Shown here one piece after another: positions 38,423-47,420 of a stretch of 64,000 nt of DNA. Made by a program: the position numbers and the translations under genes. Under the pieces are notes generated by a model. It worked only from the letters and a program-made list of their open reading frames with translations. It was not told where the DNA came from and made no database searches. The stretch is from an uncultured Holophagales bacterium (lineage in GTDB: Bacteria; Acidobacteriota; Thermoanaerobaculia; Multivoradales; UBA5704). How positions within the stretch are numbered: the first letter of the stretch is position 1; every line of letters begins with the position of its first letter. The stretch spans positions 96,001 to 160,000 of the forward strand of contig CAWJGT010000011.1 of NCBI GenBank assembly GCA_963842525.1, read 5' to 3'.

Positions 38423-39726
38423 TCATTCCCGGTAGCGGGGCACCCCTTCGAGGTCGTGCTCCTTCACCTTGCGCAGCAAGGTGCGGTAGCTCATCCCCAG
38501 GAGCTCGGCGGCTTGGCGCTTGTCACCGCCGGCTTCGGTGAGCGCCTGCCGCAGCCGGTCTCTCTCGCCCGCTCCGGTCAGGGGGCGGAGCAGGGTGCGG
38601 AGGTCGGCGGCCCGCAGGGTCGAGCCGTCGGCCAGGATCACGGCCCGTTCGAGGACGTTCGTCAGCTCGCGCACGTTGCCCGGCCAGGGCTCGCCAGCGA
38701 GCAGCTCGGCGGCATCGTCCTCCAGCCGCGGCGGCTCGGTGCCGTGCCGGCGCGCGATCTCGCCGAGCAGGTGGTGGGCGAGGAGCGGGACGTCGCTCGC
38801 CCGCTCGCGCAACGCCGGCAGCTCGATCGGGAAGACGTTCAAACGGAAATAGAGGTCGGCCCGGAAGCCCCCTTCCCGCACCATGGCGTCGAGGTCGCGG
38901 TTGGTCGCCGCGACCAGCCGCACGTCGGCGCGCATCGTCCGGCCGCCCCCGACCCGCTCGAAGGTGCGCTCCTCCAGCACGCGCAGCACCTTGCCCTGGA
39001 TGCCCGGCGGAGCTCGCCGACCTCGTCGAGCATCAGCGTGCCGCGCTCGGCCACCTCGAAGCGGCCCGGCTGCCGGCGGTCGGCGCCGGTGAAGGCCCCC
39101 TTTTCGTGCCCGAAGAGCTCGTTTTCGAGCAGCGCCTCCGGGATGGCGGCACAGTTCAGGGCCACGAACGGCCCGCTCCGCCGCGGCGACAGGGCATGGA
39201 TCGCCCGCGCGAAGAGCTCCTTGCCCGTGCCGCTCTCGCCGGTCAGCAGCACCGTGCTCTCCATGGGAGCGACCCGCTGCAGCAGACGGATGGCGGCGCG
39301 CAGGCGCGGATGGCGGCCGACCAGGGGCGGCGCTCCGGGAGCGTGGAAGACCGCCGCGTCGTCGGGCTCGCCCACGGCGTGCTCGATCAGGCGGGAGAGG
39401 TCGTCGATGGCGAGAGGCTTTTCCAGGAAGTCGTAGGCGCCGAGCTTCATGGCCTCGACCGCGGAGCCCACGGTGCCGTAGCCGGTGAGGACCACGACGG
39501 GCACCCGCGGCTGCGCCTGCCGGCTCGCCGCCAGGACTTCCAGGCCCGAGACGTCCGGCAGCTTCAGGTCGGTGAGCACGAAGTCGAACGGGTGCTCGCG
39601 GACCAGCCGGATGCCGCCCGCTCCGTCGGCGGCGGACTGGACCTCGTAGCCCTCCTGCCCCAAAGCCCGCTCGAGCATCCGGCGCAGCGAGTCGCGGTCT
39701 TCGACGATCAGGATGCGCGCCCTCAC
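38423..39726 (-). CDS. Sigma-54-dependent response regulator, PilR/NtrC-like, frameshift near 39010
   Basis: Receiver domain (ILIVED, DLKLP), [29 protein letters not shown], Fis-type HTH. Confidence 0.9.
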
Positions 39727-41156
39727 CCCCCTGGCCCCCCTCTCCCATCCGCACTCCCGCCCTCCGGGAGAGGGGGGAACACGGCCCGGCGGACGGCGGC
39801 AATCAGGAGATCATCGTCCTCGGGGTCCACGGTGCGCAGGTCGAGGATGAGCCGTCCCTGGCGCAAGTAGCCGGCGACCGGAGGACTGCCCCGGTTACCG
39901 CGGCGGAGACGGGCGACGAGGGCGTCGCTGCCGGGCAGGGCGAGCGCCTCGCCCGGGATCGGAGCCTCCGGCGCCGAGCCGCCGCCCACGAAGGCGTCGG
40001 CCGGCACGATCTCGGCGGTCAGCTCCGCGGCGACCCGCGCGAGCCGTTCCCGGTGCGCCTGTGGGTCGGGCCAGAGGCGGTCGAGCGGCAGCGGCGCGCC
40101 CGCCAGGTGCAGGCGGAGCACCCCTTCGAGAGCGGCAAAGGCGGTGCGGTCCGGGCGCAGGGGCCGGTAGAGCGGATGCCGGCGGCAGCGTCCGAGCAGA
40201 TCGCGGCGGCCGAGGATCAATCCGGCCTGGGGTCCGCCCAGCAGCTTGTCGCCGCTGCCGCAGGCGAGGTCGCACCCCTGCTCGATCAGCTCCTGCAGGC
40301 TCGGGTGGTCGGCGAGCTGCGGCGCGGGATGCGGCCGCAGCAGGCCGCTCCCCTCGTCGACCAGCACGGGCACGCCCGCCCGCCGGCCCAGCTCCGCCAG
40401 CTCGCGCGGCGCCACCGAGGCCACGAAGCCGGTGATCCGGAAGTTGCTGGGGAAGACCTTGAGCAGCAGCGCCGTTTCGGGGCGCAGGGCGGCCTCGTAG
40501 TCGGACAGGCGGGTGCGGTTCGTGGCGCCGACCTCGACCAGCCGGGCGCCGGCCGCGGCCATGATCTGGGGGATGCGGAACGAGCCGCCGATCTCGACCA
40601 GCTCGCCGCGCGAGACGATCACCTCCTGCCCCTGGGCCAGGGTGGCCAGGAGCAGCACCAGCGAGGCCGCGTTGTTGTTCACCACCAGGGCCGCCTCGGC
40701 GCCGGTGAGCGCGGTCAGGAGCCGCTCGGCCCGGCGGTTGCGCTCGCCGCGGCGCCCGGTCTCGCGATCGAATTCCAGGTCGCAGTAGGCGTCGAGGAGA
40801 GGCGGCAGGCCCGCGGCCACCGATCGCGGCAGCGGCGCGCGACCCAGGTTGGTGTGCAGGAAGATGCCGGTGGCATTCAGCACGCGGGTGAGGGACTCGC
40901 CGAGCGCGGCCTCGATCTCGGTGGCCACCCAGGCCGGCAGGGAGGCGAGCGCGCGGTCCCGCTCGTCGTCAGACGGTGCCGGATCGCCGGTCAGACGGCC
41001 GCGCAACGCCTCGACGATGCGGCGGGCTTGGACCCTTACCTGCTCTCGTCCGTATAATGGGATGAGTCGGGAAACCGCCGGATCGCTCAGGACCCTGTCG
41101 AGCGAGGGGATGCCGCGTCGGGTGTCTCGGGCGTTGGTGGGCTCGGGGTTTTCCAT
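39723..41156 (-). CDS. selA: L-seryl-tRNA(Sec) selenium transferase
   Basis: [50 protein letters not shown] and LDLRTV motifs. Confidence 0.95.
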   Translation of the reverse strand: MENPEPTNARDTRRGIPSLDRVLSDPAVSRLIPLYGREQVRVQARRIVEALRGRLTGDPAPSDDERDRALASLPAWVATEIEAALGESLTRVLNATGIFLHTNLGRAPLPRSVAAGLPPLLDAYCDLEFDRETGRRGERNRRAERLLTALTGAEAALVVNNNAASLVLLLATLAQGQEVIVSRGELVEIGGSFRIPQIMAAAGARLVEVGATNRTRLSDYEAALRPETALLLKVFPSNFRITGFVASVAPRELAELGRRAGVPVLVDEGSGLLRPHPAPQLADHPSLQELIEQGCDLACGSGDKLLGGPQAGLILGRRDLLGRCRRHPLYRPLRPDRTAFAALEGVLRLHLAGAPLPLDRLWPDPQAHRERLARVAAELTAEIVPADAFVGGGSAPEAPIPGEALALPGSDALVARLRRGNRGSPPVAGYLRQGRLILDLRTVDPEDDDLLIAAVRRAVFPPLPEGGSADGRGGPGG

Positions 41157-41183
41157 CGTAGACGCTGTCATTCTAGGAGATCC

Positions 41184-41861
41184 GTGGACCCCAAGCGAGT
41201 TTCGAGACCCGGCCCCGGCCCGATTCCGCCCCAGAAGCCGGGGAGCCCTGCCCGCGGGCTTGCCGCCCCGGGCCGGCCGTCGCCTGTCCAGCCGGTGCAG
41301 CGCCGCGCGCCCGGCCTCCAGGAGACGCTGGACCAGCTCGCCCAGGAGATCCGCAAGCTCCAGATCGATTTCGAGCGCTTCTTCAACGGCGGCCTCCCCT
41401 TCCCGCCCGAGGACCAGCGGACGCGCATCCAGACCCAGTTCCGCAGCCTGCGGAACCTGAAGATCACCTCCGCGGTCGACAACTTCCGGCTGGGAGACCT
41501 GGAGGCCCGCTTCAACACCTACAACGAGCTCTTCAACCGCCGCCTGCGCGAGCGCGAGGAAGGGAAACACCAGCCCGCCCGTGCGGTGGCCGTCGAGAAG
41601 CGCCGCTACGACCCCATGGCCGGGATCGTGGTCGGCGACCGCCTCGACCCCGAGGCGGTCGAGGCGCTCTACCAGGGCCTGGCGTCCGGTCCCGAGGCCC
41701 CGAAGTTCGACCTCGACAGCTTTCAGACCTATCTCGATCGGCAGGTCGCCGCCCTGCGCGAGAAGACGGGCTGCTCCCAGGTGCAGTTCCGCCTGGCGGC
41801 CGAAGATGGCAAGATCAAGCTCAAGGCACGGCCCCTTGCAGCCCGCGAGGGCAATCAGTAA
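41184..41861 (+). CDS. MXAN_5187 C-terminal-like protein
   Basis: LQIDFERFFNG...PP...FRLGDLEARFNTY...V.FRLAAEDGKIKLKA pattern. Confidence 0.65.
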   Translation: MDPKRVSRPGPGPIPPQKPGSPARGLAAPGRPSPVQPVQRRAPGLQETLDQLAQEIRKLQIDFERFFNGGLPFPPEDQRTRIQTQFRSLRNLKITSAVDNFRLGDLEARFNTYNELFNRRLREREEGKHQPARAVAVEKRRYDPMAGIVVGDRLDPEAVEALYQGLASGPEAPKFDLDSFQTYLDRQVAALREKTGCSQVQFRLAAEDGKIKLKARPLAAREGNQ

Positions 41862-41871
41862 GAAGGAGATC

Positions 41872-42847
41872 ATGGTGCGTAGACGGACCCTGTGGATCCC
41901 CGCCTTTTCTTTCGTCGCCGCGATCGTCGCGGTGGTTGCCGCGATCGCCGCCGGGCCGCCAAACCTGGGCAAGGCGATCGAAGCTCAGAAGCGCCTGGCG
42001 ACCGAACGGCCCCAGGATGCCGCCGTGTTCAACGACCTCGGCAACCTCCAACTCCTCGCCAACCGGCCCAAGGAGGCCGAGGAGGCCTACCGCAAGGCGG
42101 TGGAGATCGACCCCGCGAAGGTCTCGTCCCTGTTCAACCTCGGCCTCCTGTTGCAGCAGCGCGGCGAGGTGCGGGAGGCGATGCGCCTCTACGACCGGGT
42201 GCTGGAGATCCAGCCCGGGCATGCCTGGGCGCACTACCAGACGGGGACGATCCACGAGCGCCGGGGCAACGAGTCGCGCGCCGTCGAGGAGTATGCCCGG
42301 GCGTTTCGAGCTCGACCCGCAGCTCGCCTTCCCGGAGGTCAATCCGCACATCGTCGAGAACCAGCTCTTGACCGAGGCGATGCTGCGTGCCTATCAGGAG
42401 GGCTACGGGGTGCCCGGGGCGCCCCCCGTCTACGACGAGCCGGGGCGGATCGCCAACCTGCTGGTGCCGCAGCCACAACTGCAGCCCGCGGAGCAACCCC
42501 GCGAGGACGTGGCGGGCCAGCAGGCACCACCCCAGGCGGCGCCGGCGCAACGCCCGGGTCCGCCGGGCGCCACCGTGCTGCGCGAGCAGGACCTGGATCC
42601 GCGCAACATCGGCCAGGCCGCGCCGCGCCGCCCCAGCCAGCCGATCAACCCGAGCCTGAACCCGGGGGGAGCCACGCGCGGCCTGCGGCAGTGGGAGCGG
42701 CCCGACCCCTCGATGCAGCAGATCGTCGACCCGGACCAGCCCCCGGGCCAGGTCATTACGCCGCCGCCCGGCGGGGTGTACTACCGCCCCGGCATCCAGA
42801 GCACCGGCCGCCTGAACGTGCAGGTGGTGCCGGACCGGCAGGGCTGA
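41872..42847 (+). CDS. Secreted TPR protein, frameshift near 42300
   Basis: Signal peptide; TPRs (FNDLGNL...AYRKAVEIDP, LFNLGLLL); continues FELDPQLAFPEVNPH in another frame. Confidence 0.8.
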
Positions 42848-43412
42848 TGGCGTCACAGGGTGGGTCTGGAAAATCAGCCCCGCCAGGGGCGACAGGAATC
42901 CGACCGGCAAACACCCTCTCTTATACGACCGGGAACTGACGCAAGGGACTTCACACAACTCACGGCAAGTCACTGACTTGCCGTGAGTTGAGCCCTCCTT
43001 CCAGGACGCCTTATACCCGATTTTCCGCCGCAGATCGCTCCTTTGCACCAGTCCCAGTCGAGCTTCTCTGACGCATAAGAACTTCCCGTGTTCCTGAAAC
43101 ACGAAGCGCACGTAGCGTCAGATGCGAACTGCCCAACCTCCTTCGCTCGTCGAGCATGACGTAGTTGCGAATCTCGAGGCACAGGGTCACCAGAATACCG
43201 ATCCACGAGCCCTGGCGGTCTTGACGCGGATACTCAAGAGATGTAGGGTGGCTAAGTAGAAGAGGATAAGCACCTTGCACGCACGACACTCTGGGACCGG
43301 CCGTGGAGTCAACCCGCAAGGTTGTGTCGCATACGCCTGTGGACGGGGTGCCGGCGAATATGTGAGGCAGAGGTTAGCAGTCGGAAAACGCTCCGCCGAA
43401 GGAGTGCTTCAC

Positions 43413-43883
43413 ATGAGAAAGATAGTCCAGGGTATAGGCATCTACATAGCTATCGCAGGGGCCGGGATCGCTGTAAGTGGCGCACAAGGGAAAGAGATTG
43501 TCATGCCGGGCTTATCGTATGGCGATATACGCACGTCTGACTTTACTTTCAGGGAGGGCCCGGACGGAGAACTAATCGGACTGGGAGTTTTGATGGTGTC
43601 CATTGGGCTGGCGGCCATCATCATTCCTTCCGTTCGGCAGGGTTCGTGGCAAATTAGCGGCAGGGGCCTACTCTCGCGTTCGCCAGCCTTCCTCTGTTGG
43701 ATTCTAGGCGCGATAGGCATTCAGCTATCTGCAAAGGTGTTTGACGGATTCCCAGGCTATTTGTCAGCCGCTGCCGGCTTTGGGCTGATTGCGTTAGGAG
43801 CACGCCTTTTTGCTGAGGCAAAACGTGCGGAGTCACCATCTGCTACCTTGAAGCTGACAGGTCATTGTCGTATTTGGCGATGA
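43413..43883 (+). CDS. Hypothetical membrane protein in a lower-GC segment
   Basis: AAGGAG RBS; about four hydrophobic segments; atypical codon use. Confidence 0.55.
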   Translation: MRKIVQGIGIYIAIAGAGIAVSGAQGKEIVMPGLSYGDIRTSDFTFREGPDGELIGLGVLMVSIGLAAIIIPSVRQGSWQISGRGLLSRSPAFLCWILGAIGIQLSAKVFDGFPGYLSAAAGFGLIALGARLFAEAKRAESPSATLKLTGHCRIWR

Positions 43884-44346
43884 GGTGCCAATCCAGCACT
43901 TCGCCCGTGTACGCGTCTCTGCCGTTGCTTCGGAGAACGGCGGCATGTATGGCTTGTTTGTAGCTCGACTTGGTAACAGCGAGGTTGCCGCGCCCTCGGT
44001 CACGTCGGCAGTGGGCATGGGCCTTTCGGTCAAGCCAGCTCGGCAGCGGAGACCTGTGTGGTTACGAATCCGGGAGGGACGTACTTGGGAACCATCGGGG
44101 TAGATTGCTACATTCGATAGCTATTATAGAGCACCTAAGGCTAACCTCACTTCTCCTCACTTCAAGGATTCACCGGCCCCACGCTTTCCAGTCTTACCCG
44201 TTGAAGTCTGCCGGTCCGTCCCACAGCGGAGGCGTTGGTGCCCTTTGGCAGTCCCGGCCGGCTGCCGATGCCCGACCTTACTTATATGAAGGGCGGGCTC
44301 CGGTGGCAACGTCGCCGCCTGGGACCCGCCCTCGAGGAGCGGACCC

Positions 44347-44619
44347 ATGCCCCGATGTCGTCTCCGCAGCGCCCTTCTCCTTCTGGCGATCCTTGTCCTC
44401 CTTCCCGGAGTCGCCGCCGCCCGGCCGGTTACTTCTGACTCCGGCGGCCCAGCCGCTCTACGCCCCCCCGCACTCTTCGCCGCCGTCCTTTCCCGCCTTG
44501 TCGACCTTGTCTCCTTCTTCTGGGCTGCCGACTCGGCGGACACGGGCATGTCCATCGACCACCACGGCCCGCCGGGAGAGACGGTCGACACGGGCATGAC
44601 GATCGACCCTCACGGCTAG
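44347..44619 (+). CDS. Small secreted propeptide with two DTGMxIDxHG cores
   Basis: GAGGAG RBS; signal peptide MPRCRLRSALLLLAILVLLPGVAAA; cores DTGMSIDHHG and DTGMTIDPHG at the C-terminus. Confidence 0.8.
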   Translation: MPRCRLRSALLLLAILVLLPGVAAARPVTSDSGGPAALRPPALFAAVLSRLVDLVSFFWAADSADTGMSIDHHGPPGETVDTGMTIDPHG

Positions 44620-44627
44620 CTGGCACG

Positions 44628-44666
44628 CTCGGGGACCGGAGCGCCGGAGCCGGTCTCCGAGGTTTC
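44628..44666 (+). terminator. Hairpin after the peptide gene
   Basis: ctcggggaccgg...ccggtctccgag followed by gtttct. Confidence 0.5.
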
Positions 44667-44735
44667 TGAATTGGGTGTCACAGAATCCCTTCCAGCGGCA
44701 ACTAAGTATCTAGAGATCGATGTGGAGGAGAGAGC

Positions 44736-45980
44736 ATGGAACATTCGCATCTGTCGCAGGAGACGCTCGCGAGGTGGCTGGCCGGCCGGCTGGAGCACGA
44801 GGCCGTGCTCAGCGAGGTCGTTCCTCACTTCCTGTCCAACTGCACCGTCTGCCGGGATCGGGTCGCAGAGATCCGCAAGCTCCAGGAGGAGGTCGGCCAC
44901 TGGGACGAGGAGGTGGCTGTCATCGAAGGGCAGGAGGCTCCCGAGCTGCTGAGGAGGATCGAGGATCAACCTTTCGCGGAGCAGGCCCGGCGAGCGGAGC
45001 AAGACGACGCCCTGCACACCTGGGGCCTGTGTCACCTTCTGCTGAAGAAGAGCCTCGACCGGATTTCGGACGAGCCTGCCAGGGCACTCGATCTGGCCGA
45101 TCTGGCCGTGCGGATCTCCCGGCACCTCGGCGAGGCCTATCATCCGGCCTGGGTGCTCGGTCTGCGGGCCCGAGCCTTTGCCTACCTCGCCAATGCCCGC
45201 CGGGTGCTCGGCGAGCTGCGCAGCTCCGAAGCGGCCTTCCGCAAGGCCGAGGCCTGTCTCGATCGCAGCGGGCTCGGGGACCCGGGGACCGAGGCCGAGA
45301 TCCTCGATATGAAGAGCTCGCTTCGACGTGAGGCCTTGGAGCTATCGGACCGTGCGCTCGCTCTATACCGGGAGGCCCGGGACACTCATGGGGTTGGTAT
45401 CGGTCTCCTCAAGAAAGGCAAGATCCTTGAGGAGGCCGGCGATCTGGGTCCGGCCGAATGGCTCCAGCAGAGCGCCGCCGAAATCGACGCTTCAGGCGAT
45501 CCTCGCCTTTCGACCTCTCTCCGGTACAACCTCGTGGGCTGCCTGACCCTGGCCGGCCGCCATTCCGAGGCGGAGCGGCTGCTGCCGGAGGTGCGGTCGT
45601 TGTTTCAGGAAACGGCGCAGCCCTTGGACTGGGTCCGGCTGCGGTGGGCCGAGGGGTCCATCGCCTGCGGGTTGGGGCGGACCGGGGAGGCCGAGCCCGC
45701 CTTCCGCGAGGTCCAGCGCGAGTTCCTGGACCGTGGCATGGACTACAACGCCGCCCTGGTCGCCCTCGATTTGGCTGGCCTCCTCGCCCACGAGGGGCGC
45801 ACCGCCGAGCTGAAGAGTCTCGCTGCCGAGCTTTTGCAGGCTTTCGAGATGCGGGAGATCTACCGCGAGGCGGCGGCTGTCTTTCTCCTTTTCCGTCAGG
45901 CGTGTGAGGAGGAGCGTTTCACCAACGAGCTCGCGCGTCACCTGGCCAGCCTGCTGCGCGAGCGGCGGAGGGACAGATAG
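44736..45980 (+). CDS. ZAS-like zinc finger + TPR-like protein
   Basis: HLSQETLARWLAG...PHFLSNCTVC; ANARRVLGE, LRWAEGSIA, YNAALVALDLA and IYREAAA. Confidence 0.85.
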   Translation: MEHSHLSQETLARWLAGRLEHEAVLSEVVPHFLSNCTVCRDRVAEIRKLQEEVGHWDEEVAVIEGQEAPELLRRIEDQPFAEQARRAEQDDALHTWGLCHLLLKKSLDRISDEPARALDLADLAVRISRHLGEAYHPAWVLGLRARAFAYLANARRVLGELRSSEAAFRKAEACLDRSGLGDPGTEAEILDMKSSLRREALELSDRALALYREARDTHGVGIGLLKKGKILEEAGDLGPAEWLQQSAAEIDASGDPRLSTSLRYNLVGCLTLAGRHSEAERLLPEVRSLFQETAQPLDWVRLRWAEGSIACGLGRTGEAEPAFREVQREFLDRGMDYNAALVALDLAGLLAHEGRTAELKSLAAELLQAFEMREIYREAAAVFLLFRQACEEERFTNELARHLASLLRERRRDR

Positions 45981-45984
45981 ACGT

Positions 45985-46425
45985 GCCCGCGAACCAGCGT
46001 CACCTCACGCTGGAGCAGTGTCCCGAGACACTGGCTCAGCGTACGCTCCGCAAACCCAGCGTGAGCTCACGCTGGCACAGCGTGTCGAGACACTGGCCCA
46101 GCGCACGCTCCGCAAACTCAGCGTGAGCTCACGCTGGCGCAGCGTTCCGAGACACCGGCTCAGCGTGTGCTCCACAAACCCAGCGTGAGCTCACACTGGC
46201 GCAGCGTGTCGAGACACTGGCCCAGCGTGCGCTCCGCAAACCAGCGTCAGCTCACGCTGGCGTAGCGTCCCGAGACGCTGGCTCAGCGCACGCTCCGCAA
46301 ACCCAGCGTGAGCTCACGCTGGCGCAGCGTCCCGAGACACTGGCTCAGCGTCCCGAGACACTGGCTCAGCGTGCGCTCCGCAAAGCCAGCGTGCTGCTCC
46401 GCAAACCCAGCGTCAGCTCGCGCTT
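45985..46425. repeat. Tandem 62-bp repeat (20+21+21 bp subunits), each with a perfect 20-bp palindrome
   Basis: Consensus ccagcgtgagctcacgctgg-cgcagcgtcccgagacactgg-ctcagcgtgcgctccgcaaac, about 6-7 copies, no unique spacers. Confidence 0.92.
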
Positions 46426-46440
46426 ACGAGAGGTGCCCGG

Positions 46441-46962
46441 TCAGCTCTTGCTGAGCACAAAGTCGTCGAACTGCACTGTGAAACCGGGCTCCCCGCTGCA
46501 CGCGGGGCGAAGCTGAATGGACTTTGCCGCGTCGGATGTCGTGGCAGAACCGTCGAGTGCTGCCCAGTCCGCGGCCGGTGGCCCAGCAGCCGAGCCGAGC
46601 GGCTCCTCGCCTTCCGTGCATTTCTCGTCAGAGTACTGAAAGACATTGACCGAACAGAAGTACGATGTACCCACGGTGCTCCGGAGCCGAGCGCCAATGC
46701 GGTACCGCGTCTTTGCCTGTGCTGCGACACAGGGGCCGAGGATGGTCAGGCTGCCTCCGGAATTGGCAACAGCCTTCAGGACGCCATGGTCGGCTGGGTC
46801 TTGAGACAGCGAAGCGGAGGGAACTGCCGTCCAGCCCTTCGCGTCCTTGTCGAAGCCGCAGTTGCTTGCAGCTAGAAGGTTCCCGGCCGAATCGTGGCAG
46901 CTTGCGGCGGCCGGCGCAGCTCCGAGCATGCTCAGCAGGACGAGAGCGTTCAGAGAACGCAT
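46441..46962 (-). CDS. Secreted Cys-rich protein, CBM4/9-like fold
   Basis: Signal peptide; NLLAASNCGFD...GW; C-terminal QFDDFVL. Confidence 0.7.
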   Translation of the reverse strand: MRSLNALVLLSMLGAAPAAASCHDSAGNLLAASNCGFDKDAKGWTAVPSASLSQDPADHGVLKAVANSGGSLTILGPCVAAQAKTRYRIGARLRSTVGTSYFCSVNVFQYSDEKCTEGEEPLGSAAGPPAADWAALDGSATTSDAAKSIQLRPACSGEPGFTVQFDDFVLSKS

Positions 46963-47042
46963 GATCCGCCTCCTTTTAGTTCGCAAGGCCCGTGGCGTGT
47001 GCAACATAGCATGCCGATTGGCCGCCTGCGGGGCACCGGCTC

Positions 47043-47058
47043 TGGCACACGCCTTGCT
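47043..47058 (+). promoter_or_regulatory. Sigma-54 promoter
   Basis: TGGCACACGCCTTGCT upstream of the DUF1328 gene. Confidence 0.6.
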
Positions 47059-47162
47059 TGAGAGCCAGCCAGCCGGACGAGCATCCCAGGTCGTCTCCGC
47101 GAGGTTCGCGCTGGCGTATCGGGAGGGGACGCCGCTCCGGTTCAAGAAGGAGGAAAACCCTC

Positions 47163-47327
47163 ATGCTCAGGTGGGCCCTGATTTTTCTGGTCGTCGCGCT
47201 GGTCGCCGCTCTGGTCGGTTTCGGCGGTATCGCGTCGGGCGCGGCGGGCATCGCCAAGATCTTGTTCGTGCTGTTCCTCGTCGTCTTCGTCGTCTCGCTG
47301 GTCCTCGGGCTGGTGCGGCGGGCGTGA
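47163..47327 (+). CDS. DUF1328 (YtjA-like) small membrane protein
   Basis: [35 protein letters not shown]. Confidence 0.9.
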   Translation: MLRWALIFLVVALVAALVGFGGIASGAAGIAKILFVLFLVVFVVSLVLGLVRRA

Positions 47328-47420
47328 AGGAAGGCGCGGACCCAGCCGGGGTCCCGCGCCGTAGAATGACATCCGGAGCCGCCCGCCGGTCCTCATGAGG
47401 AGCCCGCCGTGGAGGCGGCC

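Noticed and set aside
39723-41156. Selenoprotein recoding or tRNA-Sec near selA
   Set aside because: No tRNA-like sequence or convincing in-frame UGA with SECIS was seen by eye; a tRNAscan-SE run would be needed to exclude it.
42970-43319. Short minus-strand ORFs in the low-GC patch
   Set aside because: No RBS, motif or codon support.
45985-46425. CRISPR array
   Set aside because: Units are contiguous near-copies without unique spacers, and there are no cas genes in the window.
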